From a virus: a stretch of 55,246 nucleotides of DNA. The notes below the pieces were generated by a model. It did no database searches. It was not told the origin of the DNA and saw only the letters and a list, made by a program, of their open reading frames with translations. Location: IMG/VR virus record IMGVR_UViG_3300045988_088672. One strand, written 5' to 3'. Of this stretch, positions 40,937-51,653 are shown in pieces. Position 1 is the first letter of the stretch. Every line of letters begins with the position of its first letter. Made by a program: the position numbers and the translations under genes.

Positions 40937-41089
40937 ATGGACATTAAAATGCCTGATGGCGCAGTTTTAGTCACAGAAAATCCCGAAGTCATTGATTCCT
41001 ATATCAACATGATGGGCGGAGAAGAAGTGACAAAAAAGCAAACAAAAAAGTCAGCAACTAAGGTTGCCTCCGCCTCAGAAGCTGAGTAG
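40937..41089 (+). CDS. Hypothetical small protein (50 aa, not in ORF track)
   Basis: Hand translation gives MDIKMPDGAVLVTENPEVIDSYINMMGGEEVTKKQTKKSATKVASASEAE*. SD AAGGAGGA is upstream. Confidence 0.5.
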   Translation: MDIKMPDGAVLVTENPEVIDSYINMMGGEEVTKKQTKKSATKVASASEAE

Positions 41090-41106
41090 AAGAAAGGGGA
41101 TACATC

Positions 41107-41517
41107 ATGAAGTATTTGACGTTTGAAGAATATCAGAATTTAGGCGGGAAATGCTCGAAAGATGTATTCCCTTCTTTACAATTTGACACAGAATCGAAGA
41201 TGGATTATATCACATCTGGAAGACTTTCCAAAATGATTGATGAAATTGAATCCGTCCCAGAAGCTGTGCAAATGTTGGAGGTAAAACTAATTGATATAGA
41301 AAATGCAAGCAGTAATTCAGCAAAGCAAGGTCCGGGATTGACATCTTATAGCAATGGGATAGAATCTTTTGGGTATGATACTAGCAAAGATTCAGAAGAA
41401 ATATTGGCAGAAAAATTCTCAACACTGATGAAGCAGTATTTATATCCAGAATATCCCGAACTTTTTTACCGAGGGAGGTGGGTAAGCCGTGCAAGGTACA
41501 GTAACCCTTCTCAATAA
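41107..41517 (+). CDS. Head-tail connector protein (putative)
   Basis: Synteny: first gene after the capsid genes. 136 aa. Confidence 0.5.
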   Translation: MKYLTFEEYQNLGGKCSKDVFPSLQFDTESKMDYITSGRLSKMIDEIESVPEAVQMLEVKLIDIENASSNSAKQGPGLTSYSNGIESFGYDTSKDSEEILAEKFSTLMKQYLYPEYPELFYRGRWVSRARYSNPSQ

Positions 41518-41896
41518 ACTCAAAAGAAAAGATTCGACTACAAATGTTGATATTTGGTATAAAACCATTTTAACTGATTGCGTTTATAAAAAAACTTCAA
41601 TAGCAAGTGTGACTGGAAAAACAGTAGGAATGGGTCAGCAATTTACCATTCTTATTCCATTTACCGGTAAATATCTTCCTTATAAGGATTGGAAGAATCT
41701 TGTTGATAAAACAGGATTCTACACATTATCCCCAAGTGATGTTATCATTCTTGGTACTGTTGAGGAAGATGTTACTGATAAAAATATAATCACGATAAAA
41801 AATGACTACGAACCAAATTCATGTGAGATAATGAGCATTGAGCAAGTAGATCAAAAATTATCCGTACAATTTGAGTTCCGAGTAGGTGGTGTATAA
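41489..41896 (+). CDS. Head-closure / head-tail adaptor protein (putative)
   Basis: Synteny. GTG start follows GGGAGGTGG. Confidence 0.45.
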   Translation: MQGTVTLLNKLKRKDSTTNVDIWYKTILTDCVYKKTSIASVTGKTVGMGQQFTILIPFTGKYLPYKDWKNLVDKTGFYTLSPSDVIILGTVEEDVTDKNIITIKNDYEPNSCEIMSIEQVDQKLSVQFEFRVGGV

Positions 41897-41897
41897 A

Positions 41898-42251
41898 ATG
41901 AGTGTTAAGATTGATGTTAAAATGAAACCAACAGATAAGATTCTAAGTAGAATATTTGATGATTCTGCCGGAAGATTTTTAGCTGAGACATGGGGAAGAA
42001 TTTTAACAAAATATGCACCGTTTGATACAGGAACACTTGCACAAACTTATCAGACTGAGCCTTGGAAGTTGACGTATGTTCAAAAATACTCAAGATATCA
42101 ATGGCAAGGAATCAGCAAATCCGGTAGACCGTTGAACCATAGTAAAGAAAAAAATTACTTGGCACAGAGTCATTGGGAAGAAGCCGCAGAACGTGATAAA
42201 GCAGGAGAAGTTGCAAATGCTTTAACTGCTTATATCAAGAGGAGAGGTTAA
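41898..42251 (+). CDS. Neck / tail-completion protein (HK97 gp10-like, putative)
   Basis: Synteny. ATG 41898 is preferred over GTG 41886. Confidence 0.45.
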   Translation: MSVKIDVKMKPTDKILSRIFDDSAGRFLAETWGRILTKYAPFDTGTLAQTYQTEPWKLTYVQKYSRYQWQGISKSGRPLNHSKEKNYLAQSHWEEAAERDKAGEVANALTAYIKRRG

Positions 42252-42253
42252 TC

Positions 42254-42700
42254 ATGACTAACGTATATAAATGCTTATCAGACTGGCTTCAGGAATGTCC
42301 TGATATTGGGGATTATGTATATTTTAATGTAATACCAATGGATATTGATTCTTCCTCAGTTAATTCAAATTCCGGAAGTCAGATACTTAATAACTACAAT
42401 GATGGAACGAAGGAAGTTAGATTGATGTTCTATATCAATCTTATCAAACCATATGATGATGGTGGTACAAGTGATTTAAACCTTGATGCTATCAATGTAT
42501 TTGACAAGATAATTTCCTTTGTTGAAAGAAAAAACAATGCTAATAAATTTCCAGATTTCGGAGAGGATTTTATTGTGAATAAAATCGGAGCTACTTATAA
42601 GGCTCCGGAAGTATATGTTACTACTGATAATCCATCAATCGCAAGATATGAGGGTCAATTTTATGTCGAATATTTAGAAAAGAAAAGGAGTGAAATATAA
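42254..42700 (+). CDS. Tail-completion protein (putative)
   Basis: Synteny. 148 aa. Confidence 0.45.
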   Translation: MTNVYKCLSDWLQECPDIGDYVYFNVIPMDIDSSSVNSNSGSQILNNYNDGTKEVRLMFYINLIKPYDDGGTSDLNLDAINVFDKIISFVERKNNANKFPDFGEDFIVNKIGATYKAPEVYVTTDNPSIARYEGQFYVEYLEKKRSEI

Positions 42701-43185
42701 TGGCAGACGCAATGAAAAAATTGACGAGAAATCAGTTTATCCCATTTTTAGATGTGCAAAAAGATTCCACATTTGCCGCTTCAGTCTGGAAAAGGGTGGA
42801 CTATTCTACGATTTTCGAACTCACCATGAATGAGCAGGAAGAAGATATGGATTATATCTGTTTTGAGAATGCAGTTACGGAAATCAACAGCAATAAACCC
42901 GAACTTCCACAGGAAATTGCTTGTTATGAAGGAAATCCTATCTATGACTTCATGGCTAAAGAATTTTTCGAAATGCCGACAGGTGCAGATACCAAGGTTC
43001 CATTCTTGATGTGCTTCGGCGGAGAAACAAAACGAGCTTGGCGCTGTATCGCAACACTGACATCCAAGGTATTGAATACTGTAGATGGAAAAATCACATT
43101 TTCAATCAAAATGGGCGGAGACATTGAAAAAGGAACGTATACGATTGAGGCGGGAGCCCCTACGTTCGTCCCAGCAACAGAATAA
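42700..43185 (+). CDS. Major tail protein (putative)
   Basis: Synteny: the gene lies immediately upstream of the chaperone and tape-measure genes. 161 aa. Confidence 0.55.
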   Translation: MADAMKKLTRNQFIPFLDVQKDSTFAASVWKRVDYSTIFELTMNEQEEDMDYICFENAVTEINSNKPELPQEIACYEGNPIYDFMAKEFFEMPTGADTKVPFLMCFGGETKRAWRCIATLTSKVLNTVDGKITFSIKMGGDIEKGTYTIEAGAPTFVPATE

Positions 43186-43205
43186 TCAATTATAAAGGAG
43201 GCAAT

Positions 43206-43586
43206 ATGATGGATTATATTTTGAATTTTAAAGGAGAGGAAGTTGAACTTCCTAAATACAGTTTTACGATTGCGAATAGGTTGGAAAAGCAGGAAGATAT
43301 GAATGTCGGAAATGCGTCATATCAGGATAAGTGCAAAGGTATGTACAATGTAATTGCAGACATCATTGGAAAGGACAAAATAAAAGATCTTATAGGCACA
43401 TTCCTACAATGTGACCCAAATGAAATCAACATTTTATATCTAAAAGTATTGGAGACATACAATACCCCGCTTACCGATTTCAATATGCAAAGAACAAATG
43501 ATATGATTGATAATGCCAATATCGAATCGCTGAAAGAACTTTTAGTCACTGCCGAAAAAGCGGCAAAGTTAAAGTTGAATGATTGA
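43206..43586 (+). CDS. Tail assembly chaperone (putative)
   Basis: Synteny. 126 aa, acidic. Confidence 0.5.
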   Translation: MMDYILNFKGEEVELPKYSFTIANRLEKQEDMNVGNASYQDKCKGMYNVIADIIGKDKIKDLIGTFLQCDPNEINILYLKVLETYNTPLTDFNMQRTNDMIDNANIESLKELLVTAEKAAKLKLND

Positions 43587-44130
43587 TTTAAGACAGAAAG
43601 GCTTGCCAAGTCACATCAATGTGGCAGGTGAGCCTTATTTATTAGATACGGACTTCCGAAAATGGATTGATATTGGCGAAAAATTAGATAATCCTGAGAT
43701 AAAAATAGAAGATATTGCTTATGTAATAAAAGGAATCACGGTTCTTGATTTATTTAAACATAGAGAAGAGATTTTAAAAGAAATTGTTGATTTTTATACG
43801 AATCCAAATAGCACACCAATGGGTTCATCAGGAAATGAAGTTATTTTGGATTACGTAGAAGATGGAGAATACATTGTTGGTTCTTTCATGCAGGCATATA
43901 ATATTGACCTTACGAGTGTAGACCTTCATTGGCATATGTTTAAAGCGTTATTCTTAAGTTTACCAGAAGATACAAAAATAAAGCAGATTATGCAGATGCG
44001 AGGATATAAGAAAGATAATAAATCTTATGAGAAACAGTCAGAAGAATTGAAAAGAGCTTGGAGTTTGAATAAACAAAACACGCAGGATATAGATATGACT
44101 GATATAAATGAACTGTTTTATAACACGTAG
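43579..44130 (+). CDS. Phage Gp15-like protein (second pre-tape-measure protein)
   Basis: LPSHINVAGEPYLLDTDFRKWI is of the Phage_Gp15 type. The gene has its own ATG, with an in-frame TGA immediately upstream. Confidence 0.5.
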   Translation: MIDLRQKGLPSHINVAGEPYLLDTDFRKWIDIGEKLDNPEIKIEDIAYVIKGITVLDLFKHREEILKEIVDFYTNPNSTPMGSSGNEVILDYVEDGEYIVGSFMQAYNIDLTSVDLHWHMFKALFLSLPEDTKIKQIMQMRGYKKDNKSYEKQSEELKRAWSLNKQNTQDIDMTDINELFYNT

Positions 44131-44151
44131 AAAAAGAGGTGAGACTGGATA

Positions 44152-46533
44152 ATGGCAGATGGAAAAGTAACCATTGAGACCGCCCTTGATGGAAGTGGGG
44201 CAGAAAAGGGTGTCAATAAACTTGGTAGTTCATTAAAAAGTGGATTAGGCAAAGCGGCAGGAGTCGCAATAAAAGGAACTGCGGTTGCGATTGGTTCTGT
44301 AACAACAGCAATAACCGGAGTAACAGTAGCCGCTACAAAGGCTTATGCATCGTATGAACAGTTAGTTGGGGGTGTTGATACACTTTTCAAAAAATCAAGT
44401 AAACAACTTCAACAGTATGCTGACAATGCTTATAAGACCGCACAAATGTCAGCTAATGACTATATGGAACTTGCCACCTCATTTAGTGCCTCTCTGATAC
44501 AAGGTTTAGGGGGTGATACTACAAAAGCGGCAAAGTTAGCAGATAAAGCGATTATTGATATGTCTGATAATGCCAATAAGATGGGTACTGATATTGAACT
44601 TATTAAGAATGCTTATCAAGGATTTGCAAAGGGCAACTTCACGATGCTTGACAATTTAAAGTTGGGTTATGGTGGAACGAAAACTGAAATGGCTCGTCTT
44701 ATAAATGACATGGGTATTCTTAATGAAAAGGTAACTGTCGGACAAAAAGGAAATTTTGATACTGTCGCTTCTTTCAATGTCATGATTGAAGCCATACATA
44801 AAGCCCAAGTTCAGTTAGGTATAACTGGGACATCTGCTAAAGAAGCAGGAAGTACAATCGAGGGTTCTATCAACATGGCAAAGGCATCTTGGGAGAACTT
44901 CTTGACCGCTTTAGGAACAGGCGATGATTCAAGAATAAAAGATACATTCGACCAGTTAATATCATCCGTAGAGACAGCTGGTTCTAACTTGATTCCACGT
45001 ATTCAGATAATTGTTGAAAGATTAGGATCTGCAATAACAGACTATTTGCCACCAATTGTACAAAAAGTAATATCATACCTTGTAGAGAGCCTACCGAATA
45101 TAATAAGTACCATCACACAACTTACCGGATCAATAATAGAAGGATTAAGCACTGCAATAAGTGCTAATTTACCCCAAATATTAGAGGCGGCAGGGAAGTT
45201 GATTGAATTTCTTGTTAATGGACTCCTTCAAATGTCCCAATCTTCATCTGAAGGCTTGACATCATTTATCATGACAATGATACAATTTATTGCTAACACA
45301 CTAATAGAAAATGTTCCGACTCTCATAACTGCGGCGGTTAATCTATTCACGCTACTAATTCAAGCACTCCCTCAGGTGCTTCCGGTACTTGTAGAAGGAT
45401 TACTGAGTTTGATACCATCATTGATAGACGCTTTATTGCAATCATTACCTATACTTATAGAAGGACTTGTCCAGATGGTTAATGGAATTGTTGAGGCTCT
45501 ACCTCAAATCATCGAAGCAATACTTACCGCGTTACCGGAAATAATAACTAGCATCACGAATGGCTTGCTTAATGCACTTCCATTGATTGTGCAGGCAGGG
45601 GTTTCATTATTCATGGGATTGGTTGACGCTATACCTAGAATAATTGAGGTGCTTATTCAAAATCTGCCAATGATTGTGCAGTCAATTGTTACAACACTTA
45701 TAACTGCGATACCTGAAATTGTTAAAGCAAGCATAACATTATTCATGGCAATGTTAGAAGCATTTCCGGAGATTATTACAGCACTTATAGATGCACTACC
45801 TGAGATTATAGAAACAATCGTTGATACGTTGACTGCTAATCTTGATGATATATTGGATGCTGGGATTCAGATATTCAGTATGATAGTTAAGGCAATACCT
45901 AAAGCACTTCCAAAGATATTGATTGCTGTTCCTAAAATCATCCTATCTATAGTTAAGGGTTTGATAAAACTGCTACCAAAAATGGTAAAGGCTGGATTTG
46001 ACTTAATTGTTGCATTATTTAAGAATCTGCCTGGAATGCTTGTAGAGCTTGGAAAAGGTGTAGCTAGCGTTGTCGCAGGAGTAATTGGGTTCTTTAGAAA
46101 TCATGTCGGTGATTTTGTGGATATCGGAAAAGACTTAATAAAAGGAATCGGTGATGGCTTCTCAAAAGCTTTATCCTATATCGGGGATAAAGCAAAGAGT
46201 GCTAAAGACTGGGTCGTTGGCAAGTTCAAAGGATTATTTGACATACACTCCCCATCAAAAGTAATGAGAGACCAAGTCGGAAAGTATGTAGCTGAAGGAG
46301 TTGTTGTTGGGTATGAAGATGTAGACCCATTTGGACAGATACAACGTGATTTAGACAGTGGTATATCTAAATTGACGCTCTCAGCACAAAATGAGGTACT
46401 TGCTAATACAAATATAGCAAAGAGTGGGCTTACAAATTCAATGGTAGAAGCAATCAAGAAATCAAATCTTGGCATATATGTTGGTGATAAACAATTTGGA
46501 AGATTAGTAGAGAGGGGGTTGGCGAGCTTATGA
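44152..46533 (+). CDS. Tail tape-measure protein
   Basis: 793 aa. A long central tract carries ~11-residue hydrophobic repeats (xLPxIIExIxx). Canonical position. Confidence 0.85.
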   Translation: MADGKVTIETALDGSGAEKGVNKLGSSLKSGLGKAAGVAIKGTAVAIGSVTTAITGVTVAATKAYASYEQLVGGVDTLFKKSSKQLQQYADNAYKTAQMSANDYMELATSFSASLIQGLGGDTTKAAKLADKAIIDMSDNANKMGTDIELIKNAYQGFAKGNFTMLDNLKLGYGGTKTEMARLINDMGILNEKVTVGQKGNFDTVASFNVMIEAIHKAQVQLGITGTSAKEAGSTIEGSINMAKASWENFLTALGTGDDSRIKDTFDQLISSVETAGSNLIPRIQIIVERLGSAITDYLPPIVQKVISYLVESLPNIISTITQLTGSIIEGLSTAISANLPQILEAAGKLIEFLVNGLLQMSQSSSEGLTSFIMTMIQFIANTLIENVPTLITAAVNLFTLLIQALPQVLPVLVEGLLSLIPSLIDALLQSLPILIEGLVQMVNGIVEALPQIIEAILTALPEIITSITNGLLNALPLIVQAGVSLFMGLVDAIPRIIEVLIQNLPMIVQSIVTTLITAIPEIVKASITLFMAMLEAFPEIITALIDALPEIIETIVDTLTANLDDILDAGIQIFSMIVKAIPKALPKILIAVPKIILSIVKGLIKLLPKMVKAGFDLIVALFKNLPGMLVELGKGVASVVAGVIGFFRNHVGDFVDIGKDLIKGIGDGFSKALSYIGDKAKSAKDWVVGKFKGLFDIHSPSKVMRDQVGKYVAEGVVVGYEDVDPFGQIQRDLDSGISKLTLSAQNEVLANTNIAKSGLTNSMVEAIKKSNLGIYVGDKQFGRLVERGLASL

Positions 46534-47372
46534 TAGTGAACCGGTTATCCTATGTTAATAGCGAAAATAAGGAAATAAACCTGCTTGACGGAAATATTCG
46601 TGCATTAAAAACTAGTGACATTTTTAGTCATGAATGGGATAAAAAAGACACTTCAAGTACAGTCATTACAAGTTTTGAGATGCAGGATATTCCGAAAACT
46701 TTGGACTTGGCTATTCTTGCTGAGTCCAAAGATGAAGTCAATGAGATACTGGAAGAATTGTACAAAACCTATGAAAAAGATGTTCTTGATAGCAAGGAAG
46801 GTAGATTATACTTTAACGATTATTATCTTCTTTGTAATATCAATAAAGAGATTTTTTCAAACTGGGACGCTTATAGAAAATTGCAGAAAGTTCAGTTGGG
46901 AATATTAAGTAGGAAAGGACGTTGGTATAAGGAAGTAGTTAAGAATTTCGGTGTAAACAATACTACAAAAGAAGGAAAAGATTTCCCTTATGACTTCCCT
47001 TATGATTATGCAGAAGAATCTTCCCAAACAATATTTAGAACGGATTCCATAAGCGACTTTGATTTTAAACTCGAAATCTATGGGATAGCTTCGGATCCTT
47101 CTATAATAATTGGAGGTCATATCTACCGGGTATTAGCTTCCGTAAACGTAGGAGAAGTGTTGATTATTGACTCGAGAGAGAAAACCATCAAAAAACTGAA
47201 AAAAGATGGTTCTTTTGAAAATTTATTCTACCTACGTGATAAAGATAATTATATTTTTCAAAAAATAAAATGCAAAAACGGAAGAACTACTATACTATTT
47301 GAGGATAACACATATCCTTTGGTATTTAGGCTGACTGCGTATGTAGAAAGGAGTAGACCATTATGGACTTGA
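46530..47372 (+). CDS. Distal tail protein (Dit-like)
   Basis: Synteny directly after the tape-measure gene. 280 aa. Confidence 0.6.
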   Translation: MIVNRLSYVNSENKEINLLDGNIRALKTSDIFSHEWDKKDTSSTVITSFEMQDIPKTLDLAILAESKDEVNEILEELYKTYEKDVLDSKEGRLYFNDYYLLCNINKEIFSNWDAYRKLQKVQLGILSRKGRWYKEVVKNFGVNNTTKEGKDFPYDFPYDYAEESSQTIFRTDSISDFDFKLEIYGIASDPSIIIGGHIYRVLASVNVGEVLIIDSREKTIKKLKKDGSFENLFYLRDKDNYIFQKIKCKNGRTTILFEDNTYPLVFRLTAYVERSRPLWT

Positions 47373-49246
47373 TATATACTGATGCACAAAAGAAAGATAT
47401 TGGGGTTGTGAAAGATTATACAATGGATCTCGCCTATGGTTCGGACGAGAATAACTTCGAACTTGTAGTTCCGCTTTCCAAAGACAACATAATCGAATAT
47501 GATTCAATAGTCTATATGGAAGGTACTGAATATGGAGGATTCATTGATGAACGTGTGGTTTCTACAACATCCTCAAACATAAAGTATAAAGGAAGAACGC
47601 CACATGGATTCCTCAACAGCTATGTTATTTATCCAAATGGACCTGATGGATATAGAACGGTTACCGGGAATGCGTTGAATATACTAATGGATATATTAGA
47701 CTATTTCCATCTTTTAGACTATTTTGAATTTGATACAGAGGCGGAATCAATATATATTGATTCATTCAAGTTCAGATATGAATATATCTATGATGGAATA
47801 ATTAAGATGCTGGCTAAGGTTAATGCTAAGTTGATTCTTATTTGGCACAATGGTAAGATAAAGGTTACTATAAAAACGATAAGCAATTACGCTGATGAAC
47901 AAGAACTTGATTCCTCACAGTTACTTTTTACAATTGGAAATAAAGAAAACTGCGTGAATCATTTATTATGCCTAGGTCAAGGCGAATTGAATGAAAGAAA
48001 AGTTATTTCCTTATATACAAATGAAAAGGGCTTCATACAACCTTATCTTGTTAATGACCCGCCATATGAGGATAGTGATTATGTTCTTGATAACACGTAT
48101 CAGATTCTATCGGGAAAAGATGAAATATGCCAGATATATGACTATCCAAATGCATCTCCAGTTGAGAAATATAAGGAACTAACAGATATTCCAGATAATT
48201 GGTTTGATACTTATGAGCAGTATTATAGGTTGGAAAATGGCAGCTATGCACAAAATGAAACAGTATATGAGGACTACTATCAACAACTTACATCACAACC
48301 CGCAGATTGGGCGTCAAATTATTCTGACTATTATACCTTGGAAGAAACTTCATCTGGTGTATGGGAGTATGTCAATATATCATCAGATTTGATTGACGAA
48401 TATGCTTTGCTTACTATTGAACCACCTAACTGGGCTACAACGTATGCTAGCTACTTTGAACTTGATGGGAATAACTATATTCAAGCAGTTGGCGTAACAA
48501 CTTCAAACAATCCGGAGAAAGTCATTTATAAGCCTAATGACTGGAAAGATAATTATTCAAGTTACTATTATCCGTTTAATGACGGTACTCAGATTTTATA
48601 TAAACCGGCTGAGGGTATATCTAAAGATAGATATGAGTGGCAGACGCATAAACCGAGTGACTGGAATACTAACTGGGATTCATACTATGCACTGACTATG
48701 TATGGTCAATATAAGCAGTTAGGAAAGCTTGAATACTATACCAGAAAATATAATAAAGATAAAGGTCAGCATCCAAAGTGGGAGAAGAATCAATTTTATA
48801 CGAAATTCACTGATACTTTTGCCCCAGATTTTTATAAAAAAACATATTATAAAATGGTCGATAAAACAGCCGCCCCAAAATTTGAGCAAAATAAATATTA
48901 TTACGCTACAAAAGCAAACTATCCGGACTTTCAAATCATACACGATGATAAAGGCGTATATAAACTTGAGGAAAGAAGAAGTTTTCCACAATATGAAAGA
49001 GGTCAATACTTTAGAAAGACAATTGATAACTTTGATACTCTTGTTCAAAGTGGAATAGAGCACTTGACAGAATTAAATAAATCATTTACAATTGAGTTAA
49101 AGACGAATGCTACAATATCTTACGATATTGGGGATATAATTGGAGCACGTGAGAATATAACTGGTACTCAAGCTTGGCAACCAGTTAGGAAAAAAATTGT
49201 TACGATTGAAAACGAAAACGATATCAAAGTAGAATATGAGGTGTGA
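47363..49246 (+). CDS. Tail-associated / baseplate hub protein (Tal-like) with C-terminal PxDW-NY-YY repeats
   Basis: The N-terminus MDLIYTDAQKKDIGVVKDYTMDLAYG is typical of the siphovirus minor-structural-protein N-terminal region. At least five repeats follow in the C-terminal half. Confidence 0.65.
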   Translation: MDLIYTDAQKKDIGVVKDYTMDLAYGSDENNFELVVPLSKDNIIEYDSIVYMEGTEYGGFIDERVVSTTSSNIKYKGRTPHGFLNSYVIYPNGPDGYRTVTGNALNILMDILDYFHLLDYFEFDTEAESIYIDSFKFRYEYIYDGIIKMLAKVNAKLILIWHNGKIKVTIKTISNYADEQELDSSQLLFTIGNKENCVNHLLCLGQGELNERKVISLYTNEKGFIQPYLVNDPPYEDSDYVLDNTYQILSGKDEICQIYDYPNASPVEKYKELTDIPDNWFDTYEQYYRLENGSYAQNETVYEDYYQQLTSQPADWASNYSDYYTLEETSSGVWEYVNISSDLIDEYALLTIEPPNWATTYASYFELDGNNYIQAVGVTTSNNPEKVIYKPNDWKDNYSSYYYPFNDGTQILYKPAEGISKDRYEWQTHKPSDWNTNWDSYYALTMYGQYKQLGKLEYYTRKYNKDKGQHPKWEKNQFYTKFTDTFAPDFYKKTYYKMVDKTAAPKFEQNKYYYATKANYPDFQIIHDDKGVYKLEERRSFPQYERGQYFRKTIDNFDTLVQSGIEHLTELNKSFTIELKTNATISYDIGDIIGARENITGTQAWQPVRKKIVTIENENDIKVEYEV

Positions 49247-49248
49247 TA

Positions 49249-50667
49249 ATGGCAGAAAGAATAATAACAGGAAAGACTGGTGGACCTCACGTAACCTCAC
49301 TTGATGAGAGAGTGCTAAATGGTTCATTTTTCGGAAGAAAAGCATTATATAAACTCCCCTGGGGGGATAATTTGGACATTTCTTTAACTGGGGATCTTAC
49401 AGCTAGGGTCGGCACAGGAATTGGAATATTCCAAGGTATTGAGTTCATGGTGGAAGATCCAATAGATCTAACATTTGAATCACTTGGCCCGTCACTTAAT
49501 AGAACAGATCTTATTATTGTCGAGTACAAAAAAGATTCTGTAAGCGGGTTGGAAAGTGTAGAAGTTAAAGTTGAGAAAGGAACAGAAACCCAGAGTGGAA
49601 ATCCACCAGCCCCTGCTTTGCTACAAGATAACATATGGGATGGTGATGGAAAAATTTATCAGCAGACAATAGCGGCAATAACTATGAAAGATTCAAAGAT
49701 ATTTGGATATATGCCATACGGTGTGGTTGTTACTGATGGATTTTCTTCCCATATAATCAATAAAGATAATCCGCACGAAGTGACTAAAGAACAGATTGGA
49801 CTTGACCAAGTGGATAACACAGCGGATAAAGATAAGGAAGTTAAGTCAGCAGGGGTATCTACAAAACTAAAGAAATCATTCAAATTATCATTTGATGGAG
49901 ATTTGCAGGGAACGACAAGCATTGACGGTTCAGAAGATGTTACTTTAAAGACTACACTAAAAGGTGGATCCTCGATGCCATTTTTTTATAAATTATGGCA
50001 GGCATCATCAGATGATAATTGGCAGAATTTCATACACGGATTATTTCCTATTTGGGTGGATAAAAATGGTACAAACCGTGAAATTTTAAGCATAATAAGT
50101 GCTGCACAAACTAATATTTCGATGTATACTGCTGGTAATTATTGTAAGATCGGAATCAGATTAAAGTTTAAAAACTCATTTGATAATATTGATGCACTGA
50201 GCTTGTCCGCATTACGCATTGATCCGAGTATTCTAGCGCCGATTATTATGAAATATGATACAAATTTTAGTTATAGTAACTTACCATTGTATAATGCTAA
50301 GGCTAGGCTTGAATATATATATGATTGCACGTTAAATTATCCAAAAAAAGGTGCGAGAATGTGTTCGATAAAACCATTGCCTTGTGCTTTGCAGGGATTG
50401 ACATATGATAGCGCAGGAAATCCTGAAACTTTCCAGCTAACATTTGATGGAACGTCATTCTTATCAGCGAAGTCAGTTACTGATGAATGGGAACCGGCTA
50501 TTATTGCCAAGAAAAACGGCGTAACAGAACCTACTTATCTATATATAGAACTTGAATTTCCATGTGATGCAATTGGAGGTTCATCAGGACCGACGAATTA
50601 TATCGAAATTGGTGCAACAGAAATCAGCACACAAAATAACACTATGTATTCAGGAGGTGTAGAATAA
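49249..50667 (+). CDS. Tail fibre / receptor-binding protein (putative)
   Basis: NKDNPHEVTKEQIGLDQVDNTADKDK is a widespread phage-fibre motif. ATG 49249 follows GAGGTG. Confidence 0.6.
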   Translation: MAERIITGKTGGPHVTSLDERVLNGSFFGRKALYKLPWGDNLDISLTGDLTARVGTGIGIFQGIEFMVEDPIDLTFESLGPSLNRTDLIIVEYKKDSVSGLESVEVKVEKGTETQSGNPPAPALLQDNIWDGDGKIYQQTIAAITMKDSKIFGYMPYGVVVTDGFSSHIINKDNPHEVTKEQIGLDQVDNTADKDKEVKSAGVSTKLKKSFKLSFDGDLQGTTSIDGSEDVTLKTTLKGGSSMPFFYKLWQASSDDNWQNFIHGLFPIWVDKNGTNREILSIISAAQTNISMYTAGNYCKIGIRLKFKNSFDNIDALSLSALRIDPSILAPIIMKYDTNFSYSNLPLYNAKARLEYIYDCTLNYPKKGARMCSIKPLPCALQGLTYDSAGNPETFQLTFDGTSFLSAKSVTDEWEPAIIAKKNGVTEPTYLYIELEFPCDAIGGSSGPTNYIEIGATEISTQNNTMYSGGVE

Positions 50668-51590
50668 TGAGTTTAGAAACTAACAAAAATTATACTCATA
50701 GTGATGCGATTTATAGCTTAATTGAAGTTAACCCAAACATGACATATGAAGACTATGTTACGTCAACAGTCGAATGGTATAAGAGTGTATTTGGAAATGC
50801 GAAGTATGCAGCTGATTCAAATAATTATCCTTGCGTTATACTCCCTTGGCTTAACGGCTCTTATGATGAAAATTTCGATTTGTGTATCAGGTTCGATCAA
50901 ACTGCCGATGCGCTCTTATCGGAGAACAAAACATCAAGTGGCACGTATATTTCTTTTGGATTATACGAACAAGCAACGAAAAAGTTTATGGGAAAAAGTC
51001 CTGCTCAATATTTTAGCGGTGGACGCGTTTGGCCTACGCTTATTGCATCGACTTACGACGCGCATTACAAAGTCAACACCTATGGACTTGACAAAAAAGT
51101 AATAAGCCTTGGTGAATTTTCCAATAATAAAGTAAACCCAGCCTCAATCCCTATGAACTGCATGGTTGTAGAATTTAAGAAATTGAAAGATGATACACCA
51201 GTCAATGTTGTGTTATTTCTACCGGATTTAGCTACGTACCAAACAAATAAATACGATAGTTATCCAATTGACTTGTATTATGAATTGGATGGTGTAGTGA
51301 AAAACACGAAAATATATACGTGGGGATTGACACAATCACCAACGTGTGCGACAATGTATCAATTGAATGACGGTTTTATTTATTCAGACGCATTGTTTTG
51401 TTGCTTTCCACATGACCAACCAATACTGCAACCGCTCACGATATTTTCTTATGAGGATACCGTTAATACTGATACATGGAATAAAAAGTGTATTACAGTT
51501 GGTGGAAAACAATTTTCGATAAAATGCGCGATGGACAATAAGCGGAACAATGGGAATCAAAATATAACACTTGCGTTATTAGAAGATTAA
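50667..51590 (+). CDS. Hypothetical tail-module protein
   Basis: ORF track, 307 aa. Last gene before the lysis cassette. Confidence 0.55.
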   Translation: MSLETNKNYTHSDAIYSLIEVNPNMTYEDYVTSTVEWYKSVFGNAKYAADSNNYPCVILPWLNGSYDENFDLCIRFDQTADALLSENKTSSGTYISFGLYEQATKKFMGKSPAQYFSGGRVWPTLIASTYDAHYKVNTYGLDKKVISLGEFSNNKVNPASIPMNCMVVEFKKLKDDTPVNVVLFLPDLATYQTNKYDSYPIDLYYELDGVVKNTKIYTWGLTQSPTCATMYQLNDGFIYSDALFCCFPHDQPILQPLTIFSYEDTVNTDTWNKKCITVGGKQFSIKCAMDNKRNNGNQNITLALLED

Positions 51591-51653
51591 AAGACGATGG
51601 TTTGTGTGCATCATGTCAATAATATTTTATTTAAAGAAAGGAGAATAATTAGC

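Noticed and set aside
43551-43586. Possible tail-chaperone programmed frameshift at GAAAAAG (43554-43560), joining 43206..43586 to 43579..44130
   Set aside because: The A-run is not phased as X_XXY_YYZ in the zero frame. The downstream ORF is in the +1 frame rather than -1. It has a TGA at 43576-78 immediately before its own ATG, so it is a separately initiated gene.
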